A stretch of DNA of 64,000 nt from a virus. The stretch is from the IMG/VR virus record IMGVR_UViG_3300009788_000087. One strand, written 5' to 3'. A model generated the notes under the pieces. The model saw only the letters and a program-made list of their open reading frames with translations, was not told the DNA's origin and did no database searches. The position numbers were made by a program, and so were the translations under genes. Below, in pieces: positions 46,081 to 56,524 of this stretch; position 1 is the stretch's first letter, and the number at the start of each line of letters is the position of its first letter.

Positions 46081-49000
46081 TTATCCCTCTACCTCATCCA
46101 CATTAATTAATGCACCATCTGCACTGTATTCACTGTGTGCCCATCCCGGTTTGCCAAGCACGAGATTCTGTGGTTCATCCAGCTTTCTATTGAAGGTGGC
46201 AAAGAATACATTACCCTTCACTGCTTTCTTCGCAATGTACCGCCAGATTGTTGCGAAGCACGGTGCGTCAAACTCAGTCCCATTTCTGTCACCGAACTTA
46301 ATGAATGCCATCATGCCACCACGAGACTGAGCACGTTCACGGACATCTTTAATGATTACAGGGATGACACCGATTTTATCCTCTGACTTCACAAACTCTT
46401 CAAAGTCTTGAACCATGCCTTCCTTAGCAAGTATCTCTATCTTCTTATCCCTATCGAATAGTTTGAATGGTGTACCAATAAGATTGAATCCAAGCAACTC
46501 ATTCTCATACTCTACAAGCTTAGCGATTGGATGCGGTTCACACTCAAGAGCAAAGTACTGCTCTTCAAATTCAGCTTTCTTTTTCTTGACGCGAAGCTTT
46601 GGATTGTCCTGCCACAATTCATACCTCAACTCAGTCAGCGCCATGTTCTCTTCCAATGAAGTAAACGCACCGACCTTGATAAGGGGAACCGTTGCAGTCT
46701 TACCACCGCCTGTCTTATAGAGATAATCACGTAGACTCTCATACGGTTGGCTCTTCTCAATCTTCTTAACAGCTGCGTCACCGACACCCAACGCAGAACC
46801 AAGTGCTAACCTGATCGCAACACCCTCAATCTTGTGAAAAGCACTCGATTTATTGATATCTACCGGCAGAATCTTAAATCCCTGACGCTTGATGTCGTCC
46901 ACATAAGATTGAAGATCATCTGCTTTACCATGAATTAGAAGTGCTGTAAAGAATTCAAGTGGATAGTATGTTCGAAGGAATGCAGTCTGCATGGAGATCA
47001 TAGCATAGCACTTGGCATGACTGGCATTGAAACCATATCCACCAAAGTGCTCGAACATATTCCATAGTTCAAGACCCTGCTTCTCAGTCAATCCATTCTC
47101 TACACATCCCTTAACGAATGGTTCTCTTAGCTCCTTCTTCTCGTTCTGAAGGAAGTCATCCTTCTTTGACTTGTCTTTCTTTAGGAACAGCTTCCTAAGT
47201 CTGTTGACATGTGTCATCGGTAGCTTACCGAGGTGGTGACCGATGTTTAACATCTGTTCCTGATATACAAGACAACCGTAAGTCTCCTTCATGATCTCTT
47301 CCATCATGGGATGCACATATTTGATCTTGTCAGGGTTGTGTTTGTTCTCAGCGTATAGCTTATGCATGCCTGAACCAAGTGGTCCCGGTCTATAGATCGC
47401 ACCGATCGCTGACACGTCATTGAAGCAGTCAGGTTTAATCCGTTGAGCTACTTTCCTGATACCTTTGTTTGTAAACTGAAATATGCCCGTGAAATTCCCG
47501 TCGATGAAGACTGTCTTGATTACTTTCTGATCATCGATGTCCATGTACGTTGGATCGACCATCTTATATGCTTCATCATAATTCATGTCATGTCGTTTAG
47601 ATATTAGCCTAAGTGCACGGTCGATGACCGATAGAGTTGAAAGCGACAGTATGTCAAACTTGACAAATCCCATCGCTGAACATTGCTTGTTAACAATCCC
47701 GTCAGTGAACGATGTTTGTAGAACTCCTTTATTCTGGAATAGAGCCATCTCTCGAGGTAGGTTGTCTCCGATAACGAGGCCACAAGCATGACGTCCCACG
47801 TGACGATTCTTCCCATACAACTTAGTGATATTTTCACCGATGACGGGATACTTCTCGACGAGAGCTCTGTAAGTAGGAGAGACTCTAACGACATCTTCGT
47901 ACTTGATGTCGATGGTGGACTTGTCTTGGCCTTTACCTCGCAAGACTCGAAGCTCGCCCTCGATTTTCTTGTTTGCCTTGTTGATCTCTCGATGGTCGAT
48001 ATCATAGACACGTGCTATATCCTTGAGTAGTCCCTTAATTTGGAATGTACCGTATGTGCTGATGCAAGCGACGTTGTCGTGACCGAACATCTCACGGAGC
48101 ATTTCGCGCGCTTGCTCGCTATCTTGAAAATCAGTATCAATGTCAGGAAGCTCGACACGGGAAGGGTTAATAAATCGCTCGAATAGAAGATTATGTTTAA
48201 TGGGATCGAGATCTGTGAGACCACTGAGGTAACAAACAAGAGAACCAGCAGCACTACCACGTCCCGGTCCCACGAGCATTTGCTCTTTGGCTTTGGTAAT
48301 GATGTCACGCATAATGAGGAAGTATGAGGCAAAACCCTTCTCCTTAATCAGCTTCATTTCATGCATGAAGCGTTTACGATACTGCTCATCATCAGTGAGG
48401 TTCAGCTCTTTCATCCTCGCAATGGCCACCTCACCCAGTTTCTTGAATGGATGCTCGAACCTACACGTTGGAAGCCTCTCTTCCGTATTAGGTTCATAGT
48501 CTTCAACCATCGAGTCAATGAGCAGTGTATTTTCAAATGCCTCACGAACAAGATTTGCATCTGCATCGCCACCAAAGCGCTCGAATGTTTCCCACATCTC
48601 TTGAGGTGACTTAATGTAGAGCTGCTTGATATTAAAATCCCAGTCATCTCCTCTTGTCGACATCGTCTTCTGACTGCGAAGCATGTAAAGAATTTCCTGC
48701 GCAGCCCACTCGTCTGAGTTCACGTAGTGTGAATCGCATGTTACATTGAGCGGGATTCCAGTCTCATGATGCACTTTGATAATAGACTCGTTGATAAATC
48801 GCTGAGAATCAGACTCGTTGAACTGCAGCTCAAGGAAGAATCTGTCACCGAAGATCTCCTTATATTCTTCAGCTTCACGAACGACATCACTCCACTCAGC
48901 GTCACCGTTCTTCCATGCCCAGCACCTATTAGCAATGACTCCGCCCATGCACGCTGAAGACGCGATGACTCCGTTACCGAAATCATTCATCATCCTCTTA

Positions 49001-49464
49001 TCGATCCTCGGCTTCATGTACATGCCCTCCTTGTGCGCAAGGTGTGTGAGGTTGTACAAGTTATCGAGACCCGCCTGATTCTGTGCTATGAGAACAAGGT
49101 GACCTTTCCTATAGAGAGACTTCTGTCTACTCTTCATATCGAGATTGGTAGCATCTTCATCTACCGCCTCAGACTTCTTTAGCTTCTTCAGTGACTCCTT
49201 GTCGGACTCTAACTTTGCTTTCTCTTCTGACCACTTCTTTAGATCATCAATCGCATATGCTTCAACACCGTAGATTGTGCGGACTCCATGTTTCTTTCCA
49301 TGCAGATAAAAATCTGCAATACCATGCATATGCCCATGATCAGTTAGTGCAATAGAGCAAAGACCTTTCTCCTTCGCTTTAAGGACCATGTCTTCAGGTC
49401 GAGACAGACCATCCATGAAACTGAAGTGGGAGTGATTGTGCAGACTAGCAAAATCTTTTATCAT
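46081..49464 (-). CDS. dnaE: DNA polymerase III alpha subunit (family C, DnaE-type)
   Basis: PHP domain HNHSHFS..ALTDHG, GRGSAAGS, PDIDTDF, GRHACG, KFDIL, YQEQ, YGFNASHA. Confidence 0.96.
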   Translation of the reverse strand: MIKDFASLHNHSHFSFMDGLSRPEDMVLKAKEKGLCSIALTDHGHMHGIADFYLHGKKHGVRTIYGVEAYAIDDLKKWSEEKAKLESDKESLKKLKKSEAVDEDATNLDMKSRQKSLYRKGHLVLIAQNQAGLDNLYNLTHLAHKEGMYMKPRIDKRMMNDFGNGVIASSACMGGVIANRCWAWKNGDAEWSDVVREAEEYKEIFGDRFFLELQFNESDSQRFINESIIKVHHETGIPLNVTCDSHYVNSDEWAAQEILYMLRSQKTMSTRGDDWDFNIKQLYIKSPQEMWETFERFGGDADANLVREAFENTLLIDSMVEDYEPNTEERLPTCRFEHPFKKLGEVAIARMKELNLTDDEQYRKRFMHEMKLIKEKGFASYFLIMRDIITKAKEQMLVGPGRGSAAGSLVCYLSGLTDLDPIKHNLLFERFINPSRVELPDIDTDFQDSEQAREMLREMFGHDNVACISTYGTFQIKGLLKDIARVYDIDHREINKANKKIEGELRVLRGKGQDKSTIDIKYEDVVRVSPTYRALVEKYPVIGENITKLYGKNRHVGRHACGLVIGDNLPREMALFQNKGVLQTSFTDGIVNKQCSAMGFVKFDILSLSTLSVIDRALRLISKRHDMNYDEAYKMVDPTYMDIDDQKVIKTVFIDGNFTGIFQFTNKGIRKVAQRIKPDCFNDVSAIGAIYRPGPLGSGMHKLYAENKHNPDKIKYVHPMMEEIMKETYGCLVYQEQMLNIGHHLGKLPMTHVNRLRKLFLKKDKSKKDDFLQNEKKELREPFVKGCVENGLTEKQGLELWNMFEHFGGYGFNASHAKCYAMISMQTAFLRTYYPLEFFTALLIHGKADDLQSYVDDIKRQGFKILPVDINKSSAFHKIEGVAIRLALGSALGVGDAAVKKIEKSQPYESLRDYLYKTGGGKTATVPLIKVGAFTSLEENMALTELRYELWQDNPKLRVKKKKAEFEEQYFALECEPHPIAKLVEYENELLGFNLIGTPFKLFDRDKKIEILAKEGMVQDFEEFVKSEDKIGVIPVIIKDVRERAQSRGGMMAFIKFGDRNGTEFDAPCFATIWRYIAKKAVKGNVFFATFNRKLDEPQNLVLGKPGWAHSEYSADGALINVDEVEG

Positions 49465-49474
49465 ATTCCGTATT

Positions 49475-49786
49475 CTAACTGATCGATTTCTTAGAAGACT
49501 TACTAATAGGTATTTCAGCGAGATATCCGCTTAAGACACTATCTCTAAGTCGTTCGTCAACGTAGGCTCTTTTTGCTTCTTCAAATGAACAACGACTCCA
49601 TCGTTCATTTCCAAGAGAATCTTTACTAAGAGACTCTGTAACGACATAAATCTCATATTGCTTGCCATTAATCCCTACATTTAGAAGATGATAAGGATCG
49701 TCTGCTCTCTCGGATGCAATGAAACGATAGTCCTTACATGATAACACAACTCTCGGTAGTTTTAGATTTTTAGTAACCACTTTCAA
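49475..49786 (-). CDS. hypothetical protein
   Basis: ORF track. Confidence 0.6.
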   Translation of the reverse strand: MKVVTKNLKLPRVVLSCKDYRFIASERADDPYHLLNVGINGKQYEIYVVTESLSKDSLGNERWSRCSFEEAKRAYVDERLRDSVLSGYLAEIPISKSSKKSIS

Positions 49787-50150
49787 ACCTTTCTTTTACA
49801 ACTCGGTTCTTACGACAGAACTCATTGTACATCTCTTGTGGTGAGATGCCGGACAGTATACAGATCTCCATGAAATACGCCAATGTATCTCCTAGCTCTT
49901 CAACATAGTGTGAACGATCGAATTCCCTATCATCAGTCACTTTATGTATCTTGTTCTTCAGAGTATACGTTGCCTCCCACAGTTCATTGTGACAGTCACT
50001 AACGATCTCCTTGATCATACGTTGACCCTGTTTAGTTGTCAAATCAATCGGCCAAGGAGGTAGGACATCACGTTCTTCCAATATCTGCATGTTCCCCTCT
50101 TGGCGATAGAACATGTCTTTCCATAAGTCAGTTGAAAGTGACATCGTCAC
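49770..50150 (-). CDS. MazG-like all-alpha dNTP pyrophosphohydrolase (putative dCTPase/dUTPase)
   Basis: NELWEA...VEELGDTLAYF acidic ExxE/EExxD helices. Confidence 0.75.
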   Translation of the reverse strand: MTMSLSTDLWKDMFYRQEGNMQILEERDVLPPWPIDLTTKQGQRMIKEIVSDCHNELWEATYTLKNKIHKVTDDREFDRSHYVEELGDTLAYFMEICILSGISPQEMYNEFCRKNRVVKERFESGY

Positions 50151-50550
50151 TCCTTACCTTATAAGTCTGCGGACCGGACGCATCAGTTATCAGGCACTTA
50201 CCAACGTTAGACACGAGATCCCACGCGCATGATGGGTGCCAATAACTTTCAAGCAAACCCTGCACCTTTGATCGCATAAAATCATTCTCACTGAATAAGA
50301 TGATTGTCCCTACATTTATACAACATAGATGCCCGATGAGTTCGTCGGTCAACTCGACACCCCTTACAAAGATCTTATCGTAGACCTTCGAGTAGTTGAG
50401 ATCAGATACGTCTTCTACATGATCCAATTCAGCTACATACTTCTTCATGAACGACATTGGATCTGCACCAAGGAACAGCATCCTATCAGAAGACCTAACT
50501 CCTGTCACGTCAGAGACGTCATCACATTTGCTATACGGATTCTTTGTCAC
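50128..50550 (-). CDS. hypothetical protein
   Basis: Between the TS-like and MazG-like genes. Confidence 0.6.
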   Translation of the reverse strand: MTKNPYSKCDDVSDVTGVRSSDRMLFLGADPMSFMKKYVAELDHVEDVSDLNYSKVYDKIFVRGVELTDELIGHLCCINVGTIILFSENDFMRSKVQGLLESYWHPSCAWDLVSNVGKCLITDASGPQTYKVRSDDVTFN

Positions 50551-51511
50551 GTTTTTCCTTATGCTCCACTAGTTGTTGAAACATCCACAATAGAGTTTCA
50601 TTCTGTACTGGCAATGATTTTGGTAGTAGTGCACCAGTTCGAAGGCATTCCTCTGCCGTTATTAGAATATCTAGCTCCTCAAGATTACTCAGCGGTGCCA
50701 TCGGTTCAGTGAATTTACCTCGTTTTGGACTAGAATCTTTTATCCACTTCGCATACCTTTGCCTATGTTCATTCAACATCTTCTCTGATAATTCGTAGTG
50801 TCGATCATAGACATGGAGTGAACCAGTTGTGTGATAATACAGACCAAGCTCTAAGTCTGGATAGTGTTTCTTTAGCTCTAATAACATGCACTCTTGAAAG
50901 AGAGTGAACGAGAATAAATCATACGTCAGTCCCCAGTGTACATCATTTGAGCGCATATTGACATGGAGATGTAGCTTATTCTCTCGAATAAAGAATTGAA
51001 GAGAAAGCGTGCACGGTACATCTTTGGATCCTTCAGTATCTGCATTAAACTGATGTACTGGTTGGTGGATTTGCAACACTGCTCTTCTGCTATCTTTGTC
51101 AGATTTAAGCGTGTTAATACAGATTTTCCACTGGTCAACTTTTGCTGCTTTATCTGGTCCTGTTGGTGCCATCCCATGAATGATATGACCATACGCAGAT
51201 ACTACAGTCTTTCCGTCATCTGAAAACTGCGGCATCCTCTTGTTGTAGTACGTCATCTCCTCAAGAGAGTTCGAGCCGCGCCAATACCAAAGGAACTCAC
51301 CGACTGCAAACGCATATTTAGACTTACGGACTTTAGATGATAGTAGTCTGTTACGAGGATCACTGAGGATCAAGCGAGGTACTAAGACTTCTCTTACTTC
51401 AGTGCCACGTGGTTTGCAAACATAGTCAGGGAAAGACATCTCCATGAGGACATCGTACATCAACTCATCGAAGCTATCCTTGACAAACCTATATCCCACC
51501 ATTGGCTTCAT
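50531..51511 (-). CDS. thymidylate-synthase-fold enzyme, dCMP hydroxymethylase-like
   Basis: EFLWYWRG, AYG, DSRRA, DVPCT, MRSNDVHWGLTYD (Asp where TS has Asn), SLHVY. Confidence 0.85.
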   Translation of the reverse strand: MKPMVGYRFVKDSFDELMYDVLMEMSFPDYVCKPRGTEVREVLVPRLILSDPRNRLLSSKVRKSKYAFAVGEFLWYWRGSNSLEEMTYYNKRMPQFSDDGKTVVSAYGHIIHGMAPTGPDKAAKVDQWKICINTLKSDKDSRRAVLQIHQPVHQFNADTEGSKDVPCTLSLQFFIRENKLHLHVNMRSNDVHWGLTYDLFSFTLFQECMLLELKKHYPDLELGLYYHTTGSLHVYDRHYELSEKMLNEHRQRYAKWIKDSSPKRGKFTEPMAPLSNLEELDILITAEECLRTGALLPKSLPVQNETLLWMFQQLVEHKEKRDKESV

Positions 51512-52416
51512 GGGTGTATGACCTCAAGCAATTCTTCGATAGTCTTCCTATCAATCGGGTGTCCTGCGGCTCTAGCATGTCCGCCGCCTCCAAACTGTTT
51601 CGCTATCTCTGTTGCGTCCACTTTTTCTGTGCTCCTAATGCTCGCGACACCACCAAAGCTATTCAACTTAATTCCAATCGCCACATCACAATCATGTCGT
51701 TCCATGACACGCTGTAGAAGTTGTGATTGGTGATCGCTACAGAAAACATAGGCACACTTCACACCATCTAACTCTTTAAAGAATGGTTTCTCTGAGTGTT
51801 TCTCAATGTATTTATCTCTCTTGGATTCGAGGACCTTCACGACATTCAAGTCTGCGTCTGTCATTAGTGGATAACATTTCCTAATCCTGTATGTCATCAT
51901 GTCCACGAACTTTTCTTGACCGAAGAAGTTAGCAAAAAGACTGAGCTGATCAGATTTTGGATCCTTTCGTATCCACATGTCACGATCATTGATCATTTCA
52001 GCGAAGTTCCAAACTGCACCCCAATGATCATCAGGTTCACCATTTTCAAACAGATAGTCGTAGAGTAAGAATGTGCCACACTTCTCCATGTTGATGTGAC
52101 ACCAATCTCTGTCTTTAAGATCGAGTGCAGTCTTGTGGTGATCGATGATTGTTATGTCACCGTGGTACAGCTTCTCAAATAGATCAGCTGTCTCAGTATC
52201 ACATGCAACATCAGCTATGATTACACGATCATGTGTCTCAAATACGTCTTGGTTCTTCTTATAGAAATCTCTAACACCATTTCCCGCAGGAACGTAGTGG
52301 ATATTCTCTTTCTTGCCGCCAGCGAGGAGGAACACGACTGCACAACCTGAACCGTCGCTACAACCTTTATGAGTTATTAGTACTGAATTCTTTAGTTCAT
52401 CAGGTTTATATTTCAC
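51508..52416 (-). CDS. DHH/DHHA1 phosphoesterase
   Basis: ITHKGCSDG, IADV, IDHHKT, GGGHARAAG. Confidence 0.88.
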   Translation of the reverse strand: MKYKPDELKNSVLITHKGCSDGSGCAVVFLLAGGKKENIHYVPAGNGVRDFYKKNQDVFETHDRVIIADVACDTETADLFEKLYHGDITIIDHHKTALDLKDRDWCHINMEKCGTFLLYDYLFENGEPDDHWGAVWNFAEMINDRDMWIRKDPKSDQLSLFANFFGQEKFVDMMTYRIRKCYPLMTDADLNVVKVLESKRDKYIEKHSEKPFFKELDGVKCAYVFCSDHQSQLLQRVMERHDCDVAIGIKLNSFGGVASIRSTEKVDATEIAKQFGGGGHARAAGHPIDRKTIEELLEVIHP

Positions 52417-54164
52417 AAATCACACGTGCCATTCTTGCATGAGTCGATTGCAGTGGCTTCTTCCTTTGCAGTCTGTGCATGCTCTACAGCCTTTTCAAGT
52501 GGGATGGGAGTGAGTGGCTGGTCCTCGCGACTCCCATCTGGATATACTGTCATGCCTTTTAATTCAGGCAGAAACTCCATATAAAGATCTGATAACTCCT
52601 CAGCAGATGTATCTGACATTAAGTTGATTGTCTTGCTAACCGCGTTGTCGACGTGTTGTTGGCATGCACGCTGCATTTCAAGATGATCCCGAATTGAGAG
52701 ATCATGCGCACCTTGGAAGTGTGAGACGTCCCTGCCCTCATCGAGGAATCTCTTAAGGAGAGGATGGACAACCACCTCAGTGTCATATTGATTTCCCTCG
52801 TCGACTCTGAAGCGTCTCTCGTATGCAGGGGCAAACATCGGCTCAATGCCAGACGTGACTCCACATACCATAGAAGTTGTGCCTGTCGGTGCGATCGTCA
52901 AGAGTGCAGCATTTCTAATTCCATGTTCTTTAATCTTCCTTCTAATCGTCGGTTTAAGAGTCTTAACAAAATTGGACTTCAAGAATAAGTCTGCTTTAAA
53001 AACTGGAAAACAACCCTTCTCTTTTGCCAACTCCACTGATGCTTCGTATGCATAATTCTTTATAGTCTTCATGAGCTTATCAACAAGCTCCAAACCCTCA
53101 GGACTATTATAACACAAGTCATTCATTAATAACACATCATGTAGTCCCATAATGCCAAGCCCTATCCTTCTAACTTTCTTACATGTTTCAGCAATTTCCG
53201 ATAGTGGATAGTTGTTTACGCTAAGGACGTTGTCAAGAAACCGGACGGCTTTAGATACTGTGTATTTTAAGAGTTTCCAATCTATTCCACCCGTGTCTTT
53301 TACAAAATTGGGTAAAACAAGTGATCCCAAATCACATGCGCCGTACTTAGAAAGCCAGAGCTCGCCGCAAGGATTCGTACTAATGAGTGGTTTCCAGTAC
53401 CAGATGTTGCTCATCCTATTTGCATACCATCCATTAAGAATGCCGGGCTCACCACTCTTCAATGCATTCTTAATGATACGATCCCACAGTTCACGTGCTG
53501 GGATAACGCCGATAGCTTTATCACGATGTTTAAACTCAAATGTGCCACCGTCTCGAACGAGCTTAAAGAAGTCTTCCGGATTCTGGTCAAACACGACTGA
53601 CACATTTGCATTCGTTAATTGATTAAGATCAAGTTTCTTATCAAGAAACTCAAGTAGATCACCGTGTCTAAGATTAAGACAGAGCATAAGCGCTGTTCGA
53701 CGGCCACCACCTGCTTTGATTACATTACCTGCTGCATCGACGATTTCCATAAGAGAAACTGCACCAGTCGCTTTACCACCTGATCCATTAATATCTGTGC
53801 CACGTGGTCTAATAGGCGAGCAGTTCATTCCTACGCCGCCGCCAACGCCTGAGATCACAATCATGTCACTGACAGTCTTTCCCCAGCCTTCGCGACTATC
53901 TTCTGTGGGTATTACAAAACAATTTAACAACTGTCCTTTAGCTCGACCAGATCCTGCCCAAATTCTACCGCCAGGCATGAATAAGTTCTTACTAAGAATA
54001 TCATATGAGTCATCTCTAAATTTTAGAATGTCATCACCCTTCTCAGCCATTGAGACATGAGTGGCAACTCGCATGCATGCATCATTCCATGACTCATCAT
54101 CATGAATCGTATATCTTAAGTTGAATATTTCTTTGGCAAGACCAGTAGGTTGGTAACATTCCAT
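52413..54164 (-). CDS. nrdJ: ribonucleotide reductase, probably class II (B12-dependent)
   Basis: PGGR, LLNCFV, GGGVG, TNPCGE, RRIGLG, IAPTGT, SKTIN; no beta subunit nearby. Confidence 0.85.
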   Translation of the reverse strand: MECYQPTGLAKEIFNLRYTIHDDESWNDACMRVATHVSMAEKGDDILKFRDDSYDILSKNLFMPGGRIWAGSGRAKGQLLNCFVIPTEDSREGWGKTVSDMIVISGVGGGVGMNCSPIRPRGTDINGSGGKATGAVSLMEIVDAAGNVIKAGGGRRTALMLCLNLRHGDLLEFLDKKLDLNQLTNANVSVVFDQNPEDFFKLVRDGGTFEFKHRDKAIGVIPARELWDRIIKNALKSGEPGILNGWYANRMSNIWYWKPLISTNPCGELWLSKYGACDLGSLVLPNFVKDTGGIDWKLLKYTVSKAVRFLDNVLSVNNYPLSEIAETCKKVRRIGLGIMGLHDVLLMNDLCYNSPEGLELVDKLMKTIKNYAYEASVELAKEKGCFPVFKADLFLKSNFVKTLKPTIRRKIKEHGIRNAALLTIAPTGTTSMVCGVTSGIEPMFAPAYERRFRVDEGNQYDTEVVVHPLLKRFLDEGRDVSHFQGAHDLSIRDHLEMQRACQQHVDNAVSKTINLMSDTSAEELSDLYMEFLPELKGMTVYPDGSREDQPLTPIPLEKAVEHAQTAKEEATAIDSCKNGTCDL

Positions 54165-54188
54165 CTTCTCATCCTCCTTAACGGACTG

Positions 54189-55553
54189 TTACTTAGTATG
54201 TCCTGTTAACTGCTCGAATCTTCCTCTCAACATGCTTGCAACTTGATCTTGCGATGGAGGAAATGCTTCTTCAGGTAGTTCATGCTCAGCCAGAATCCTG
54301 ACCTTTACCGTCGCTGGATCCATTATGAATGGGAATACCATGCCATCAGGACCAAGCCTTGATTTCGCAACAAACAATCTACCAGTATTGTGTCTCTTAT
54401 CCTCTAACTTTCTGCTTACAGTCATGATGAGATCACAGACTGTAGCTTTTGCATACGATTCAGCAATCGCATCGAGTGTAACGATCTCTAAATTGAGACC
54501 ACTGCGATTCGTCTGGTCTGCAGTAACTACAACAATGTTTAATTCCTGTGCAAGACCACGAAGCTCCTCGTATACACCTTCAAGCTCATGTCTCTTTTCA
54601 CCGTAACTCTTACTTGGCTTAAGCAGATCCGCATAATCAATGACAAGCACATCAGGAGCAAAATTATGGAGTGTCTTCAGTCTATTCAGATAACTCCTAA
54701 TCGTCTGAACAGATGCCATCTTCGTTGGGAACTCCTTGATGAAGAGCCTGCCTTTGACAACTGTTCTGGCTTCTTTCTCAACGCGCTGCATCTCGTCAGG
54801 TACGTCATTGATCTTAACACCAGAGAAATACGCGTCATGTCGTAGTCCGACTTTGTAGTCAGCAATCTCCATAGAAACGTAGCATGCGTTGTAACCCTCA
54901 ATGATCGCGCCGGCTGTTACGTTACACAAGAAGTGCGTCTTACCAGCACCAGTAGGTGCGATGAACGTGCTAAGTGTCTTACGCTCCCAGCCTCCACCGA
55001 GAATACTGTTAAGAACAGGCCACGGCGTAGCAAGAGGTACTCGTACACTCTTCTCTGATCTATCCTTAAATCCATCCATGTACTCGTGACCAACGTCACG
55101 TGTAGTTCCTCTACTTGCAGCGTCTGTTATTGTCTTCCACACGCTATCAAACGTACCGGTCTCGATGTGTTCTAATGCTTTGTTAATCCCTTCCAACATC
55201 GCTTGACGTCTACAGAAATCAATTGACGTATCCTGAATGTAGCTCATGTCTCCATTCAAGGGTCTGTCTTTTACATTTTTTAAGAACAATCGAATCTGTG
55301 TTTGAATTACATCGCCAATATCATCATCTTTCTTGATGATGTCAAACAACACTTCATTAGATGGAAACGCGTTATACTTCTGTTTGTATCCAAATAGTAT
55401 GTTAACGATCTCACTAAGATGTTTGTTCTCCTTAAACATCTCAGGTTTAAGGATGTCACCTATCTGCTCAGCATAAAGGTGGTCCTGCATGAGAGCTTGG
55501 ACCACCTTCTCTTGATATCTTTGATCGCCAATTCCATGACGCTCTTCGCTCAT
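54189..55553 (-). CDS. dnaB: replicative DNA helicase (DnaB/gp41 family)
   Basis: APTGAGKT, SME, IDYADL, TADQTNR, KSRLG. Confidence 0.9.
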   Translation of the reverse strand: MSEERHGIGDQRYQEKVVQALMQDHLYAEQIGDILKPEMFKENKHLSEIVNILFGYKQKYNAFPSNEVLFDIIKKDDDIGDVIQTQIRLFLKNVKDRPLNGDMSYIQDTSIDFCRRQAMLEGINKALEHIETGTFDSVWKTITDAASRGTTRDVGHEYMDGFKDRSEKSVRVPLATPWPVLNSILGGGWERKTLSTFIAPTGAGKTHFLCNVTAGAIIEGYNACYVSMEIADYKVGLRHDAYFSGVKINDVPDEMQRVEKEARTVVKGRLFIKEFPTKMASVQTIRSYLNRLKTLHNFAPDVLVIDYADLLKPSKSYGEKRHELEGVYEELRGLAQELNIVVVTADQTNRSGLNLEIVTLDAIAESYAKATVCDLIMTVSRKLEDKRHNTGRLFVAKSRLGPDGMVFPFIMDPATVKVRILAEHELPEEAFPPSQDQVASMLRGRFEQLTGHTK

Positions 55554-55562
55554 CGCATTACC

Positions 55563-56522
55563 TCAGCTTTTGCTTCTTGCACGAAAATATTGCTCCTTGA
55601 ACATGATAAAAAAATCAGTAGGTTTAAGCTGCAGTTGGTCTTTGAATAGCTGCAGCTTCATGTCCGTTGGTCTGTAGCTGTTTGTCGATTCATCTAATTT
55701 ATATCTTATCGACTTCGCTGCCATCGGATCCATCAGTGGACTTGATAGTTGCATCAAGCGCACATTATTCATAACTATCTCCCGATCTGCAAGGATGCGG
55801 TTGTATTTTGAATTCGCGTCTTTATTCTCCTCGGCGTGATCGAAGATATCATTTGTACATGCAAATCGCTCGGACAGAAATGGGAACAATTTCGTGACAG
55901 ATTTCGGCCCGATGCCTCTGATGCCATCGATATTATCACTCTTGTCTCCCATGAGTGCTTTCATTAGAATATAGTTCTCAGGCAGGATATCGAGTGTTTC
56001 TCTCAGATCACTGGAAGAGAAATATTTCTTCTTGGTAGGTACATAGATTACAGTTTTAGTATCCAACAACTGATAGAAATCCTTGTCACTGGACACGATT
56101 ACTTTCTGGTCATTCTTATCCAATAAGAAGCCCCAAAGATATGCAATCACGTCATCAGCTTCGACTCCCTTAATACGTATACTCGTCAGTGGCAAGAACT
56201 CGAGGTACTTATCAAGCATCTCAAGCTGTCTACGAAAGCTCTCCATCTGCTGATTGGGATCTTCAAAGCTATACTGTCTGTTTACTTTCGGTTTCCTGCC
56301 AGCTTTGTAATCCTTGAAGATTGAACGTCTCTTCAGTGAACCACCTTCTCCGTCCCACACGACGATGATGTGTGTTGGTCTCTGTTCACGTACAAGCTTG
56401 TTCAACCCGATGAGGAAACCTATTGTCCCACCGACATGCTCACCATTCATATCCATTGTAGGGTTAACAGTGAAAGAACGGATGAAAAAATTCAGTCCGT
56501 CTATTAATAGATAACGTCTCAC
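55563..56522 (-). CDS. 5'-3' exonuclease / flap endonuclease (T4 RNase H-like)
   Basis: IDGLN, WDG, YKAGR, EADDVI, SSDKDF, GDKSDNIDGIRGIGPK. Confidence 0.92.
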   Translation of the reverse strand: MRRYLLIDGLNFFIRSFTVNPTMDMNGEHVGGTIGFLIGLNKLVREQRPTHIIVVWDGEGGSLKRRSIFKDYKAGRKPKVNRQYSFEDPNQQMESFRRQLEMLDKYLEFLPLTSIRIKGVEADDVIAYLWGFLLDKNDQKVIVSSDKDFYQLLDTKTVIYVPTKKKYFSSSDLRETLDILPENYILMKALMGDKSDNIDGIRGIGPKSVTKLFPFLSERFACTNDIFDHAEENKDANSKYNRILADREIVMNNVRLMQLSSPLMDPMAAKSIRYKLDESTNSYRPTDMKLQLFKDQLQLKPTDFFIMFKEQYFRARSKS

Positions 56523-56524
56523 AT

